Assembly: GCA_050954595.1 (NCBI GenBank)
Contig: JBPBQE010000214.1
Span: forward strand, 768-64,767
Reading direction: 5' to 3'
Source: Janthinobacterium lividum
GTDB lineage: Bacteria > Pseudomonadota > Alphaproteobacteria > Acetobacterales > Acetobacteraceae
Length of the DNA: 64,000 nt
Position 1 is the stretch's first letter; every line of letters begins with the position of its first letter. A program made the position numbers and the translations under genes. Of this stretch, positions 9,840 through 19,213 are shown one piece after another. A model generated the notes under the pieces. It saw only the letters and a list, made by a program, of their open reading frames with translations, made no database searches and was not told where the DNA came from.

Positions 9840-11350
9840 TCCGTTTTGTCCTCACCGCCCTGCTGCTCCTGCTCGTCGGGCCGTCTTGGGCCCAACCGCA
9901 GCGCGACCGCTTCGACAGCGAGATGGCAACCGCCGTGTTCACCTCGGCGCTCGAGTTCATCGCGCCGCGCGCGCTGGAGGCCGTCAGCATCCAGCAATTC
10001 GCGATCTGGGGCCTGCGCGGGATCACCACCCTCGACTCCACCCTCTACCCGTCGCTAACGGACGGCATCGTCTCGCTACGGCGTGGGGGCACCACGCTGT
10101 TCCAACGCCCTGCTCCAGCCGCCAACAGCGCCGATGGATGGGGCAGCCTGGTCAGCGATCTCTCCGCCTCGGCCTGGGCCAACTCACCGATGATCCAGGC
10201 TGGCGGCGGTCAGACTTTGATCACTACTTTCTTCGACGAGATGTTCAACCATCTCGACCCCTACTCCCGCTACGTTGCACCGGAGGCGGCCGACGAGGAT
10301 CGCGCGCGCCGCTCCGGCGAGGCAGGCGCCGGGCTGCTGATCGCACAAATCCGCACCGCGTTCGTGATCCAAAGCGTCAATGCCGACGGCCCGGCCGCCG
10401 AGGCCGGCATCGTTGCCGGTGATCAGATCGTCGCGGTGGACGACCAACCCACGCGCGGGGAGGACATCGATACCGTGCTGGGCTGGATTTCCGGCGTCGA
10501 GGGCACTGATGTCACGCTGACGATTCGTGCCCGCACCGGCCGCGTCCGCAAGGTCGAGCTGGAGCGGGTCATCCTACCACCCGAGACGGTGTTCGGCAGC
10601 CGCGTCGGCGACACCGTTCTGCTACGGGTCGCCGCCTTCAGCAGCGATACCGATCAACGCTTCGGCCGCGAACTGGAGCGCCAGCTCGGCCGTGCCGGCA
10701 CCGCGAAGGCCGTCATCATTGACCTGCGCGGCAATCGCGGCGGCTTGCTGCGCCAGGCGGTGGCCGCGACCGATCTGCTGCTCGATCACGGCATCATCGC
10801 CACCACCGCCGGGCGTAATCCGCAAGCGGCCCATGAATGGCGGGCCGACCAGTCCGACATCTCCGGCGGCAAGTCCGTGATCGTGCTGGTGGACGGGCGC
10901 ACGGCCAGCGCGGCGGAGATCATGGCCGGCGCGCTGGCGGGCCAGGGCCGCGCCGTCGTCGTCGGCAGCTCGACGCTCGGCAAGGGGCTGGTGCAGACCA
11001 TCTCGCCGTTGCCGGACGGGGGCGAGCTGTTCGTATCCTGGAGTCGTGTCCTGGCGCCGGAGGGCTGGCCCTACCAGGGACTCGGCGTGCTGCCGCAGCT
11101 CTGCACCAGCCTCGGCAAAGACGCGACGGCCAGCCAGATCGCGAGCCTGGAGAAGGGTGGGTCGCAATTCGCCCAGGCGCTGCAGAGGCATCGCTCCGCC
11201 CGCGCGCCGGTGCCGCCGGCCGAGATCGTCGAACAGCGCGCGGCGTGCCCGGCGTCGGAAGGCAAGGATCAGGACATGGCGGTGGCCAAATTCCTCATCA
11301 CCCACCCGGCCGCCTATGCCGCGGCCCTGCTCAGCCCGCCAAACGACTGA
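9836..11350 (+). CDS. S41-family carboxy-terminal processing peptidase with PDZ domain, secreted
   Basis: Signal peptide MIRFVLTALLLLLVGPSWAQ, PDZ-like GIVAGDQIVAVDD, and S41 motifs DLRGNRGGLL, VLVDGRTASAAEI, GSSTLGKG. The GTG start overlaps the rnr stop (GTGA). Confidence 0.8.
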   Translation: MIRFVLTALLLLLVGPSWAQPQRDRFDSEMATAVFTSALEFIAPRALEAVSIQQFAIWGLRGITTLDSTLYPSLTDGIVSLRRGGTTLFQRPAPAANSADGWGSLVSDLSASAWANSPMIQAGGGQTLITTFFDEMFNHLDPYSRYVAPEAADEDRARRSGEAGAGLLIAQIRTAFVIQSVNADGPAAEAGIVAGDQIVAVDDQPTRGEDIDTVLGWISGVEGTDVTLTIRARTGRVRKVELERVILPPETVFGSRVGDTVLLRVAAFSSDTDQRFGRELERQLGRAGTAKAVIIDLRGNRGGLLRQAVAATDLLLDHGIIATTAGRNPQAAHEWRADQSDISGGKSVIVLVDGRTASAAEIMAGALAGQGRAVVVGSSTLGKGLVQTISPLPDGGELFVSWSRVLAPEGWPYQGLGVLPQLCTSLGKDATASQIASLEKGGSQFAQALQRHRSARAPVPPAEIVEQRAACPASEGKDQDMAVAKFLITHPAAYAAALLSPPND

Positions 11351-11444
11351 TTTCCCTTGACCGGAACCGATCGCATGCGCATTTTCCGCCGCTGCGCCCG
11401 GGCTCAAGGTTTCGCTCGGGCAAGCGCGCTCGAGGAATGAGGCC

Positions 11445-11612
11445 ATGGCCAAGTCAAACACCGTTCAGATCCGCCTCGTGTCCACTGCGGACACCGGCTA
11501 TTTCTATGTGACCAAGAAGAATGCCCGTTCGGCGACCGGCAAGCTCGAACTCAAGAAGTACGATCCCGTCGCCCGCAAGCACGTCGCGTTCAAGGAAGCC
11601 AAGATCAAGTAA
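11445..11612 (+). CDS. rpmG: 50S ribosomal protein L33
   Basis: 55-aa ORF that is too short for the supplied track. It reads [55 protein letters not shown], with GAGGAA 8 nt upstream of the ATG. Confidence 0.9.
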   Translation: MAKSNTVQIRLVSTADTGYFYVTKKNARSATGKLELKKYDPVARKHVAFKEAKIK

Positions 11613-11616
11613 TCCG

Positions 11617-11638
11617 CGCCGTCCGAACCCGGACGGCG
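11617..11638 (+). terminator. Hairpin downstream of rpmG (9-bp stem CGCCGTCCG/CGGACGGCG, 4-nt loop)
   Basis: Perfect inverted repeat read directly, 5 nt after the rpmG stop. The downstream tract (AATTACC) is not U-rich, so this is a weak intrinsic terminator at best. Confidence 0.4.
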
Positions 11639-11690
11639 AATTACCTCGATTATACTTGCCCTTCCGGGGGCGCTGGGTCAGAGACGATGC

Positions 11691-11945
11691 ATGCCCGATG
11701 CTCGTCAGATCGAAGCCGAAATCCTTGCGCAGACCAGCGCGCGGGGGCCGGACAAATCAATCTGCCCCAGCGACGTCGCCCGCAGCTTGGCCGACGAATG
11801 GCGACCCTTGATGCATTTGGTGCGCCAGGCCGCGGTCACCCTCGCCACTAGCGGGCAGATCGACATCCTTCGCAAAGGCAAGCCGATCGACCCGGCGGCC
11901 ATGCACGGCGTGATCCGTCTGCGCACCAAGGTGTCGCCCGCATGA
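11691..11945 (+). CDS. Small DUF3253-like protein (84 aa)
   Basis: ICPSDVARSL...WRPLMHLVRQAA...GQIDILRKGKPID...HGVIRLR matches my memory of the DUF3253 family and needs an HMM check. The stop overlaps the next gene's start (ATGA). Confidence 0.55.
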   Translation: MPDARQIEAEILAQTSARGPDKSICPSDVARSLADEWRPLMHLVRQAAVTLATSGQIDILRKGKPIDPAAMHGVIRLRTKVSPA

Positions 11946-13735
11946 TGCGCGTTGGCTCACTACTGCGCCAAGCCTGGCACCTCACCCTTCCCTATTTCAT
12001 GCGGTCGGAGCAGCGCTGGAGCGCGCGCGGCATGCTGCTCGGCATCATCCTGCTTGCCCTCACGCAGGTCGGGGCCAGCACGCTGATCAACTTCTGGTAC
12101 GGCCAGTTCTACGACGCGCTCCAGGCCAAGGACCTCGATTCCTTCATCCGCCTGCTACTCTGGTACCGCTGGGACGACGCTCATGGCTTCATGCTCGGCT
12201 TCGTCCCCATCGTGACACCGCTGGTGCCGCTCGGCGGTTTGCAGGCCTATGTGCAGCAGTGGCTGCAGGTCCGTTGGCGTAGCTGGATGACCAACGACAT
12301 CCTCGGCCAGTATATGAGCGACCGCGCCTACTACACGATCGGGCTCACCCACGTCGCCGGTGATCCCGGCACCGACAACCCCGACCAGCGCATCTCCGAA
12401 GATATCCGCGATTTCACGTCCAGCACGCTGGACCTGGCCATCAGCTTCATCTCGCGCATCACGAACCTATTCAGCTTCTCCGTCATTTTGTGGGGCCTGT
12501 CCGGTGCCACCCAGATCTTCGGCGTCACCATCCCCGGCTACATGTTCTGGGGGGCGCTTCTATACGCCGTCGCCGGCACCTTCCTGACCCATGTCGTCGG
12601 CCGTCAGCTCGTGCCGCTGAACTTCATGCGTCAGAAAGCCGAAGCCGATTTCCGCTATGCCCTGGTCCGACTACGCGAGAACGGTGAAGGCGTGGCGCTA
12701 TCCAGCGGCGAAGTGGAAGAAAAGGCCGTGCTCGGCACCCGCTTCACCGAAGTGACCACCAACTGGTTCCGCCTCATGACCCGGCGCTTCAAGCTCAGCC
12801 TGTTGACCGATACCTATGAGCAAGCCGCCGTCGTGTTCCCGTTCATTCTCGGCGCCCCGCGCTACTTCGCCGGCGCCATCGAATTGGGTGGCCTCATGCG
12901 CATCGTCAGCGCATTCAGCCAGGTGCAGCGGTCCTTGTCGTGGTTTGTCAGCGTCTACGAGTCGCTGGCCGCCTGGAGCGCCACCGTCAGCCGGTTGACA
13001 ACGTTCGAGTCCGCCATCGGCTCGGCCCGCAGCCTGAACGCGGCCGGGCCGAGCCTGGTCGACAGCCGAGGCTCCAACATCACGCTGGCCCATGCCCGCG
13101 TCGCCCTCCCGGACGGCCAGGCTGTTCTCGACGGTGCTGATATCAGCTTCGCCCGCGGCCGCGCGGTCACCATCGCCGGCCGCTCCGGCAGTGGTAAGTC
13201 AACGATGTTCCGCGCCATCGCCGGGATCTGGCCATTCGGCAGCGGCGTCATCGAGCGTCCGAGCGGCAGCTATCTTTTCCTGCCGCAGCGTCCGTACCTC
13301 CCGCTCGGCACGTTGCAGCACGCGGTCGCCTATCCCGGCGACGGCACCACCTATCCGCTAACCGAGATCCGCAATGCTCTGACAGCCGCCGGGCTGTCGA
13401 GCCTAGTCGGCCGGCTCGGCGAGGAGCAGCCCTGGTCGCAGACCCTTTCCGGCGGCGAGCAACAGCGCTTGGCCATCGCTCGCGCCCTGTTGCTACGACC
13501 GGATTGGCTCTTCCTCGACGAAGCCACCTCCAGCCTGGACCCGGCAGCCGAGGCCGAACTTTACACCGCGTTGCGTCAGCACTTGCCCGACACGACGATC
13601 GTCTCGATTGCTCACCGCCCCGAGATCGCCCGCTATCACGACGAGGCGCTGACCTTCCAGCGTCAGCCCGGCATGTCCGGCACCCTGGTAGGTCGTCAGC
13701 CCGCCGCGACGATCGAGAGCACCGCCGCCCCGTAG
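11942..13735 (+). CDS. SbmA/BacA-type transmembrane domain fused to an ABC ATPase (BclA / Rv1819c-like peptide/cobalamin-type transporter)
   Basis: 597 aa. The N-terminal TMD contains INFWYGQFYDALQAKD. The C-terminal half has Walker A GRSGSGKST, signature LSGGEQQRLAIARALL and Walker B LFLDEATSSLD. Confidence 0.8.
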   Translation: MMRVGSLLRQAWHLTLPYFMRSEQRWSARGMLLGIILLALTQVGASTLINFWYGQFYDALQAKDLDSFIRLLLWYRWDDAHGFMLGFVPIVTPLVPLGGLQAYVQQWLQVRWRSWMTNDILGQYMSDRAYYTIGLTHVAGDPGTDNPDQRISEDIRDFTSSTLDLAISFISRITNLFSFSVILWGLSGATQIFGVTIPGYMFWGALLYAVAGTFLTHVVGRQLVPLNFMRQKAEADFRYALVRLRENGEGVALSSGEVEEKAVLGTRFTEVTTNWFRLMTRRFKLSLLTDTYEQAAVVFPFILGAPRYFAGAIELGGLMRIVSAFSQVQRSLSWFVSVYESLAAWSATVSRLTTFESAIGSARSLNAAGPSLVDSRGSNITLAHARVALPDGQAVLDGADISFARGRAVTIAGRSGSGKSTMFRAIAGIWPFGSGVIERPSGSYLFLPQRPYLPLGTLQHAVAYPGDGTTYPLTEIRNALTAAGLSSLVGRLGEEQPWSQTLSGGEQQRLAIARALLLRPDWLFLDEATSSLDPAAEAELYTALRQHLPDTTIVSIAHRPEIARYHDEALTFQRQPGMSGTLVGRQPAATIESTAAP

Positions 13736-15501
13736 CGGTCGAGCTTACTGGCGCCGACGCCGCGGATTTCCCCCAGCGCGGCGTCGCTGGCGGGACGGTT
13801 GGCGGCGATCTCGCGCAACACGCTGTCATGGAAGATGACATAGGGCGGCACCGATTGCCGCTTGGCCTCCGACGTCCGCCATTGCCGTAGGGCATCGAAC
13901 ATGTCCCCTTCCTCGCCCGGCAGTGGCGGCGGCGCGGCAGCCGCACGTTCCCGCGTCGGCTTCGGCCGCGCTTTTTCCTCGCGCAGCATCACCTTGGCTT
14001 CGCCGCGCAGGATGCTGCGCGCCTCGTCCTCGACCAGGACCAGGCTGGCATATTCGCCGCTCCCGGTCTCAAGCGCCCCACGCGCGATTAACTGACGGAT
14101 CACCCCGCGCCAGAACGGCGCCGGCTCGTCCTTGCCCACACCGAACGTCTTCAGCGCCTCGTGCCCATGCTTCTGCACCATCGCCGTCGCTTCGCCACGC
14201 AGCACGCTGACAATGTGCAGCGCGCCGAACATCTGCCCCGTCCGATAAATCGCCGACAGCACCTTCTGCGCCGCGATCGTTCCGTCGATCAGCGGCACCG
14301 GCGTGCTGCAATTGTCGCAATGCCCGCATGGGTGTCCCAACTCCTCGCCGAAGCAGGCCAGCAGCGCGCGCGTGCGGCACTCGACCGTCTCGGTCAGCGA
14401 GATCATCGCCTCCAGCCGCGCCCGCATCACCTTGCGCTGGGCCTCCGGCGCGTTGGACTGCGCCAGCCAGTATCGCGCCCGGGCGATGTCCTCGCCGCCA
14501 TAAAGCAGCAGCGTGTCCGCGCGCTCCCCGTCACGCCCGGCGCGGCCGATCTGCTGGTAGTAGCTCTCCGGGCTATCCGGCATGTCGAGATGCACGACGT
14601 AGCGAACGTCGGGGCGATCGATCCCCATGCCGAACGCGATGGTGGCCACGATCACCACCGGCTCGCCGCTGCGGAACCGGCTCAACCCCACACGCTTTTC
14701 CAACGGCGACAAGCCGGCGTGGAACGCGATGGCCGGCATCCCCGTGTCGGACAAGCGCTTGGCCACCCGCTCCGTCTTGGCCCGGCTCCCGCAATAGACG
14801 ATACCCGCCTGCCCCGTCCGCCGCCGCAGGAACTCGAGCAGCTCCCGCGTTTCGCCCTCCTTGGCCTGGGCCGCGACGTGCAGGTTCGACCGATGAAAGC
14901 TGGACGCAAAGACCGTCGCGTCCTGCATCTGCAGCGCTTGCAGGATATCGGTGCGTGTTCGGGGATCAGCCGTTGCGGTCAGCGCAACGCGGGGAACACC
15001 CGGGAACACCTCGGCCAGCCGAGCTAATCCGCGATACTCCGGCCGGAACTCGTGGCCCCAGGCCGAGACGCAATGCGCCTCGTCGATCGCAATCAGCCCG
15101 ATCTTGCGTCGCGACAGCCGCTCCAGCATGCCCGACATCAGCAGCCGCTCGGGCGATAGATACAGCAGGTCCAACCGGCCGGAATCGAGGTCCCGCGCTG
15201 CGGCAGCGGCCACGTCCGGCTCGACTTCGGAATGCATTGCCGCTGCTGCCACGCCCAATTGCCGCAAGCTCGCGACCTGGTCGTCCATCAGCGCGATCAG
15301 CGGCGAGATCACGATCGCCGTGCCTTCGCGGCACAGTGCCGGCACCTGGTAGCAGAGGCTCTTGCCGCCGCCCGTCGGCATCAGCACCAGCGCGTCGCCG
15401 CCTGACACCACCTGCTCGACCGCCGCCGCCTGCTGACCGCGGAACTCGCTGAACCCGAAGACCCGGCGCAGCACCTCGGCCGGGGCGCTACCATGTTCCA
15501 T
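13696..15501 (-). CDS. recQ: ATP-dependent DNA helicase RecQ
   Basis: 601 aa. Motif I MPTGGGKSLCYQ, DEAH box IAIDEAHCVSAWGHEFRPEY, Zn-binding CRTRALLACFGE...CGHCDNC, and a C-terminal HRDC domain. Confidence 0.95.
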   Translation of the reverse strand: MEHGSAPAEVLRRVFGFSEFRGQQAAAVEQVVSGGDALVLMPTGGGKSLCYQVPALCREGTAIVISPLIALMDDQVASLRQLGVAAAAMHSEVEPDVAAAAARDLDSGRLDLLYLSPERLLMSGMLERLSRRKIGLIAIDEAHCVSAWGHEFRPEYRGLARLAEVFPGVPRVALTATADPRTRTDILQALQMQDATVFASSFHRSNLHVAAQAKEGETRELLEFLRRRTGQAGIVYCGSRAKTERVAKRLSDTGMPAIAFHAGLSPLEKRVGLSRFRSGEPVVIVATIAFGMGIDRPDVRYVVHLDMPDSPESYYQQIGRAGRDGERADTLLLYGGEDIARARYWLAQSNAPEAQRKVMRARLEAMISLTETVECRTRALLACFGEELGHPCGHCDNCSTPVPLIDGTIAAQKVLSAIYRTGQMFGALHIVSVLRGEATAMVQKHGHEALKTFGVGKDEPAPFWRGVIRQLIARGALETGSGEYASLVLVEDEARSILRGEAKVMLREEKARPKPTRERAAAAPPPLPGEEGDMFDALRQWRTSEAKRQSVPPYVIFHDSVLREIAANRPASDAALGEIRGVGASKLDRYGAAVLSIVAAG

Positions 15502-15884
15502 CAGCTACCCAACCGAATGTCGACACGCCGGCTCTCGACGGCGGGGGCACCGCCCAACGCGCGCCAAGGCGTCAGGGTGATCCGATCGCGCGCCACACCG
15601 GCCTGCCGCAAAGCGTCCGCCACCAGTTGTGCCCGGATGCGTGATTGGATCTGGTTGGCTTCCGGCGCACCGGGATCGTCGGCATATCCGGCCACTACGA
15701 CGCGGACCCCACGCCGGGCCGCAAAGCCGGCCGCTCGCACGATGGTGGCCTGGGCCGCGGCCTCGAGAACAGTCGATTGCCCCGGGTAATAGATCACGTA
15801 GTCCGCCCGATCATCCGGATCGGTCCCATAGCTGCAGGAGGCGCACGCCAGCGCCGCTGCCAAAAATAACCGCCGTTCGATCAC
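15501..15884 (-). CDS. OmpA-C-like domain lipoprotein (127 aa)
   Basis: A GTG start follows GGAG at 7-nt spacing. Signal/lipobox-like MIERRLFLAAALACASC. OmpA_C pattern VVVAGYADDPG..EANQIQSRIRAQLVADALRQAGV...SRRVDIRL. The long upstream part of ORF 15501-16244 lies antisense to cydC and is discounted. Confidence 0.6.
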   Translation of the reverse strand: MIERRLFLAAALACASCSYGTDPDDRADYVIYYPGQSTVLEAAAQATIVRAAGFAARRGVRVVVAGYADDPGAPEANQIQSRIRAQLVADALRQAGVARDRITLTPWRALGGAPAVESRRVDIRLGS

Positions 15885-15907
15885 TACCAAACTCCGAATG
15901 ATGACCG

Positions 15908-17527
15908 TCAGCCGGCGGCTGCGACCGCCTTGCCGCCGCTCAACCGCCAGATCCGGTCGAGCCGCTCCACCCCGGTCAGTCGGTGCACGATCAGTATCAC
16001 CGTCCGCCCCTCGGCCACCTCGTTCAGCGTCGCGAAGAAGGCCCGCTCCGCGGCCGGGTCGAGCCCGGTGGCGGGCTCGTCGAGCAGGAGGATCGGCGCA
16101 TCTGACAGCAGCGTCCGCGCCAGTGCCAGCCGCCGCGCCTGTCCGCCCGACAACCCGGCGCCACCGGCGCCCAACCACGTGTCGAGCCCGTCCGGCAACG
16201 CATGCACGACGTCGGCAATCACGGCGGCCTCGAGCGCCCGCCACAGCGCGGGATCATCGGCATTCGGGCGGGCGAGCAACAGGTTGGCCCGGATCGTGTC
16301 CTCGAACAGGGTCGTGGCCTGCGAGAGCCAGGCGATCGACGCGTGCACATCGGTCGAGACGAGCTGTGTCATGTCGGCCCCGCCGAGCAGCACCCGCCCG
16401 CTCTCGGGCGTCACGACCCGCAACGCCAGGGCGGCCAGCGTCGACTTGCCGGCGCCCGATGGCCCCAGGATCGCCACCCGCGACCCGGCCGCCACGTCCA
16501 GCGACAATCCCTGCAGAACAGGCGCACGCCCCGGATAACCGAACACCACGTTGTCGAAGCGCAGGCTGTGCCGGGTCGGTGTCGGTAGCGGCGTCGCAGG
16601 TTCCGGCACCGCCGGTGCAGCGGTCGCGGCGCCGACGATCCGACGAGCCGCCGCATTGGCGAGCCCGAGCAGGACGCCGGCACGCGGCATGATGGCGACG
16701 GCCTCGAATGCCGCCAGCGTCAGCATAATGGCTGGCAGCAGACGCTGCGGCGGCAGCCCGGCGACCAGCACCAGCAACAAGGCAAGCTGGCCGCACAGCA
16801 CGGCACCGGCCTGGGCCGCCGCCCCACGCCGCGCCAACTGCCGCTGCGCTCGCAGCAACGCCGCCTCACGCGCCTGCACCGACGCCAGCATTCGTCCCTC
16901 GGCACCAAAGGCACGCACTTCCCGTAAGCCGGTCACGGCATCCAGGGCCGCCACCCGCAACCCAGCACCCGCATCGGTCAGCCGCATCCCGAGCCCGAGC
17001 GCACCGCGCGCCGCCAGCAGCGGCAGCACGACCGACACCGTCAGCAGCAGCGTCGCCAGCAGCAACATCGGGAACGGCCCGGCCGGAGCCATCGACCACA
17101 TCAGCATCGGCAGCAGCACGATGACCGCGATGGCCGGAATAGCAATACGGATATAAAGCCCGTCGAGCGCCTGCACGTCGTCGACCAGCCGCGCCAGCGC
17201 GTCACCGGAGCGAAGGGCGCCCAGACCGCCCAACGACGACCGCGCCACCTCGCGGAAAAACCAGACGCGCAGCCGCGACAGCGACCGGAACGTCGCTTTG
17301 TGCGTCAGCATGCGTTCAGCATAGCGCAGCAAGACCCGGCCCGCACCCGACAGCCGCAGCGACCAGAACAACACCAATCCGCCCAACGCTGCCGGGACCA
17401 CCGCACGCCCCGCCGTCATCGCCAGCGCGGCTCCCGCGCCGACGCAGAGCAACGACACCGCAGCGCCCGACGCCAACAGCACCGCCTCGGGCCGCCATAG
17501 CCCGATTACCCGCCGCAGCGGCGTCAT
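15908..17527 (-). CDS. cydC: Thiol-reductant ABC exporter subunit CydC
   Basis: 539 aa, six-TM exporter domain plus NBD (GPSGAGKSTL, LSGGQARRLALARTLL, LLLDEPTTGLD). ATGA overlap with the cydD stop. Confidence 0.75.
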   Translation of the reverse strand: MTPLRRVIGLWRPEAVLLASGAAVSLLCVGAGAALAMTAGRAVVPAALGGLVLFWSLRLSGAGRVLLRYAERMLTHKATFRSLSRLRVWFFREVARSSLGGLGALRSGDALARLVDDVQALDGLYIRIAIPAIAVIVLLPMLMWSMAPAGPFPMLLLATLLLTVSVVLPLLAARGALGLGMRLTDAGAGLRVAALDAVTGLREVRAFGAEGRMLASVQAREAALLRAQRQLARRGAAAQAGAVLCGQLALLLVLVAGLPPQRLLPAIMLTLAAFEAVAIMPRAGVLLGLANAAARRIVGAATAAPAVPEPATPLPTPTRHSLRFDNVVFGYPGRAPVLQGLSLDVAAGSRVAILGPSGAGKSTLAALALRVVTPESGRVLLGGADMTQLVSTDVHASIAWLSQATTLFEDTIRANLLLARPNADDPALWRALEAAVIADVVHALPDGLDTWLGAGGAGLSGGQARRLALARTLLSDAPILLLDEPATGLDPAAERAFFATLNEVAEGRTVILIVHRLTGVERLDRIWRLSGGKAVAAAG

Positions 17528-19206
17528 GCCGCGCCGACCTGCTGGACCTGCGCGTCCGCCAGAACGATGCGCCGGCCGCCGAAGCTCTGTGCCGCACTGG
17601 CATGGCTCGCCATCAGCACCGTGCGCCCGATAGTCAGTCGTCGTAGGCTCTCCAGCACATCGGCCTCGGTCGCCGGATCCAGATGCGCAGTGGGCTCGTC
17701 GAGCAGCAGCAAGGGCGCATCACGAATAAAGGCGCGCGCGATGGCAACGCGCTGCGCCTGCCCGCCCGATAGGCCGTAGCCGTCCTCGCCGATGATGGTG
17801 TCGAGCCCGTGCGGCAGCGACTGCAGCATCGGCCCCAGCCCGGCAGCCCGCGCCGCCTCGAGGATTTCTTCCTCGCTTGAATCATCCCGGCCGAAACGGA
17901 TGTTGTCGCGCACGCTTGCCGCGAACAGCACCGGGCGCTGGCCGATCCAGGCCGTCATGCGCGCCAGTGCGGGCACCGTGATGGTGGACAGGTCGGCGCC
18001 GTTCAGTGTGATGCGGCCCTGATCCGGCCGCAGAAAGCCGAGCAGCAACTCGATGACGGTCGTCTTGCCGGAACCGGATGGCCCGACCAGGATCGCGGTC
18101 TCGCCCTGCGGCACGCGGAACGTCAGTTCGTTCAGAACCGCGCCCCGCGCCGGGTCACGCGTGACGCTGACGCGATCAAACGCAACGGTGACGCCGTTGG
18201 CCTCGACCGTGCGGACGGCTGGCGGCAGCGTGGGCAGCGTATGCGCCACCGACGTGGCGGCAAGCTGGGATGCGGCCTCACCCGCATGCATCCGGTCCTG
18301 ATAGGCGGCAGCAAAGGCCCGCAACGGCGAGAAGAACTCGGCAACCAGAAGCAGCGGGAAGATCGCCGCCGACGGGTTCGGCAAGATACCGGCCCGCTCC
18401 GCCCCGGCGAACCGCACGGCGAGCAGAATGAGTGCCGACACCGCTGCTACATCCAGCGCCGCGGAGGAGAGAAAGGCCACGCGCAGGACCCGCATCGTCC
18501 GTCCCGACAACTCGGTCGCCGCCTGATCCAAGCGGCGCGCCTCCGCGTCGGCCTGCCCGGCAAGCACGATGGTGGCGATGCCGCGAACACGATCCAGGAA
18601 GCGGGCTTGTAGCCGGGACATAGCGACGAATTGGCCGCGCGACGCCTTCGCAGCGCCGATCCCTGCAACCGCCATGCCCACCGGCACCAGCAATCCGGCG
18701 AGTGCAAGGATGCCCGCCGCAATCGGGTCGACCGTCAGGACGGCGAGTGCGACCAAGGCCGGCCCGCCGATCGCCAGCGCCGCAGCCGGGAGCCAGCGGC
18801 CGAAATAGCCGTCCAGGGCCTCGATGTGGTCGATCGCCAACGCGCTGAGCACGCCTGGCGAAAGCCGCCCGGACTCGATGGGTCCGCCCGAGAACAAGCC
18901 GACGAACAACGCGGTGCGCAGGCGCCGCCGGGCTGCGGCACCGGTCTCGAACCCGAGCCGCTCCATGACGTAGGCAATTGCGCCGCGCCCGAGCGCGAAC
19001 AGGCCGAAGGTCAGCGCCCAGAGCTGCCATCGGTCGTCGGAGCCGCCCAGCGCCGGCGCGATCAGCCGGGCGATGCACCAGGCCTGGCCGATCGCCGCCG
19101 CCGTGCCGAGCAGGCCGAGTCCGACCATGCGCGTATGGCTGCGCCGTGCCGGGCGAGCCTGCGCGGCAAGCCAGATCTGACCGGCGGACTTTACCCGGCG
19201 AGCCAT
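17524..19206 (-). CDS. cydD: Thiol-reductant ABC exporter subunit CydD
   Basis: Blocks resemble E. coli CydD as I recall it: IGQAWCIARLI, FLDRVRGIATI, RTMRVLRVAFLSSAALD, AEFFSPLR. NBD motifs GPSGSGKTT and LSGGQAQRVAIARAF. Start taken at ATG 19206 (MARRVKSAGQ), 7 nt after the upstream gene's stop. Confidence 0.8.
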   Translation of the reverse strand: MARRVKSAGQIWLAAQARPARRSHTRMVGLGLLGTAAAIGQAWCIARLIAPALGGSDDRWQLWALTFGLFALGRGAIAYVMERLGFETGAAARRRLRTALFVGLFSGGPIESGRLSPGVLSALAIDHIEALDGYFGRWLPAAALAIGGPALVALAVLTVDPIAAGILALAGLLVPVGMAVAGIGAAKASRGQFVAMSRLQARFLDRVRGIATIVLAGQADAEARRLDQAATELSGRTMRVLRVAFLSSAALDVAAVSALILLAVRFAGAERAGILPNPSAAIFPLLLVAEFFSPLRAFAAAYQDRMHAGEAASQLAATSVAHTLPTLPPAVRTVEANGVTVAFDRVSVTRDPARGAVLNELTFRVPQGETAILVGPSGSGKTTVIELLLGFLRPDQGRITLNGADLSTITVPALARMTAWIGQRPVLFAASVRDNIRFGRDDSSEEEILEAARAAGLGPMLQSLPHGLDTIIGEDGYGLSGGQAQRVAIARAFIRDAPLLLLDEPTAHLDPATEADVLESLRRLTIGRTVLMASHASAAQSFGGRRIVLADAQVQQVGAA

Positions 19207-19213
19207 GCTGCCG

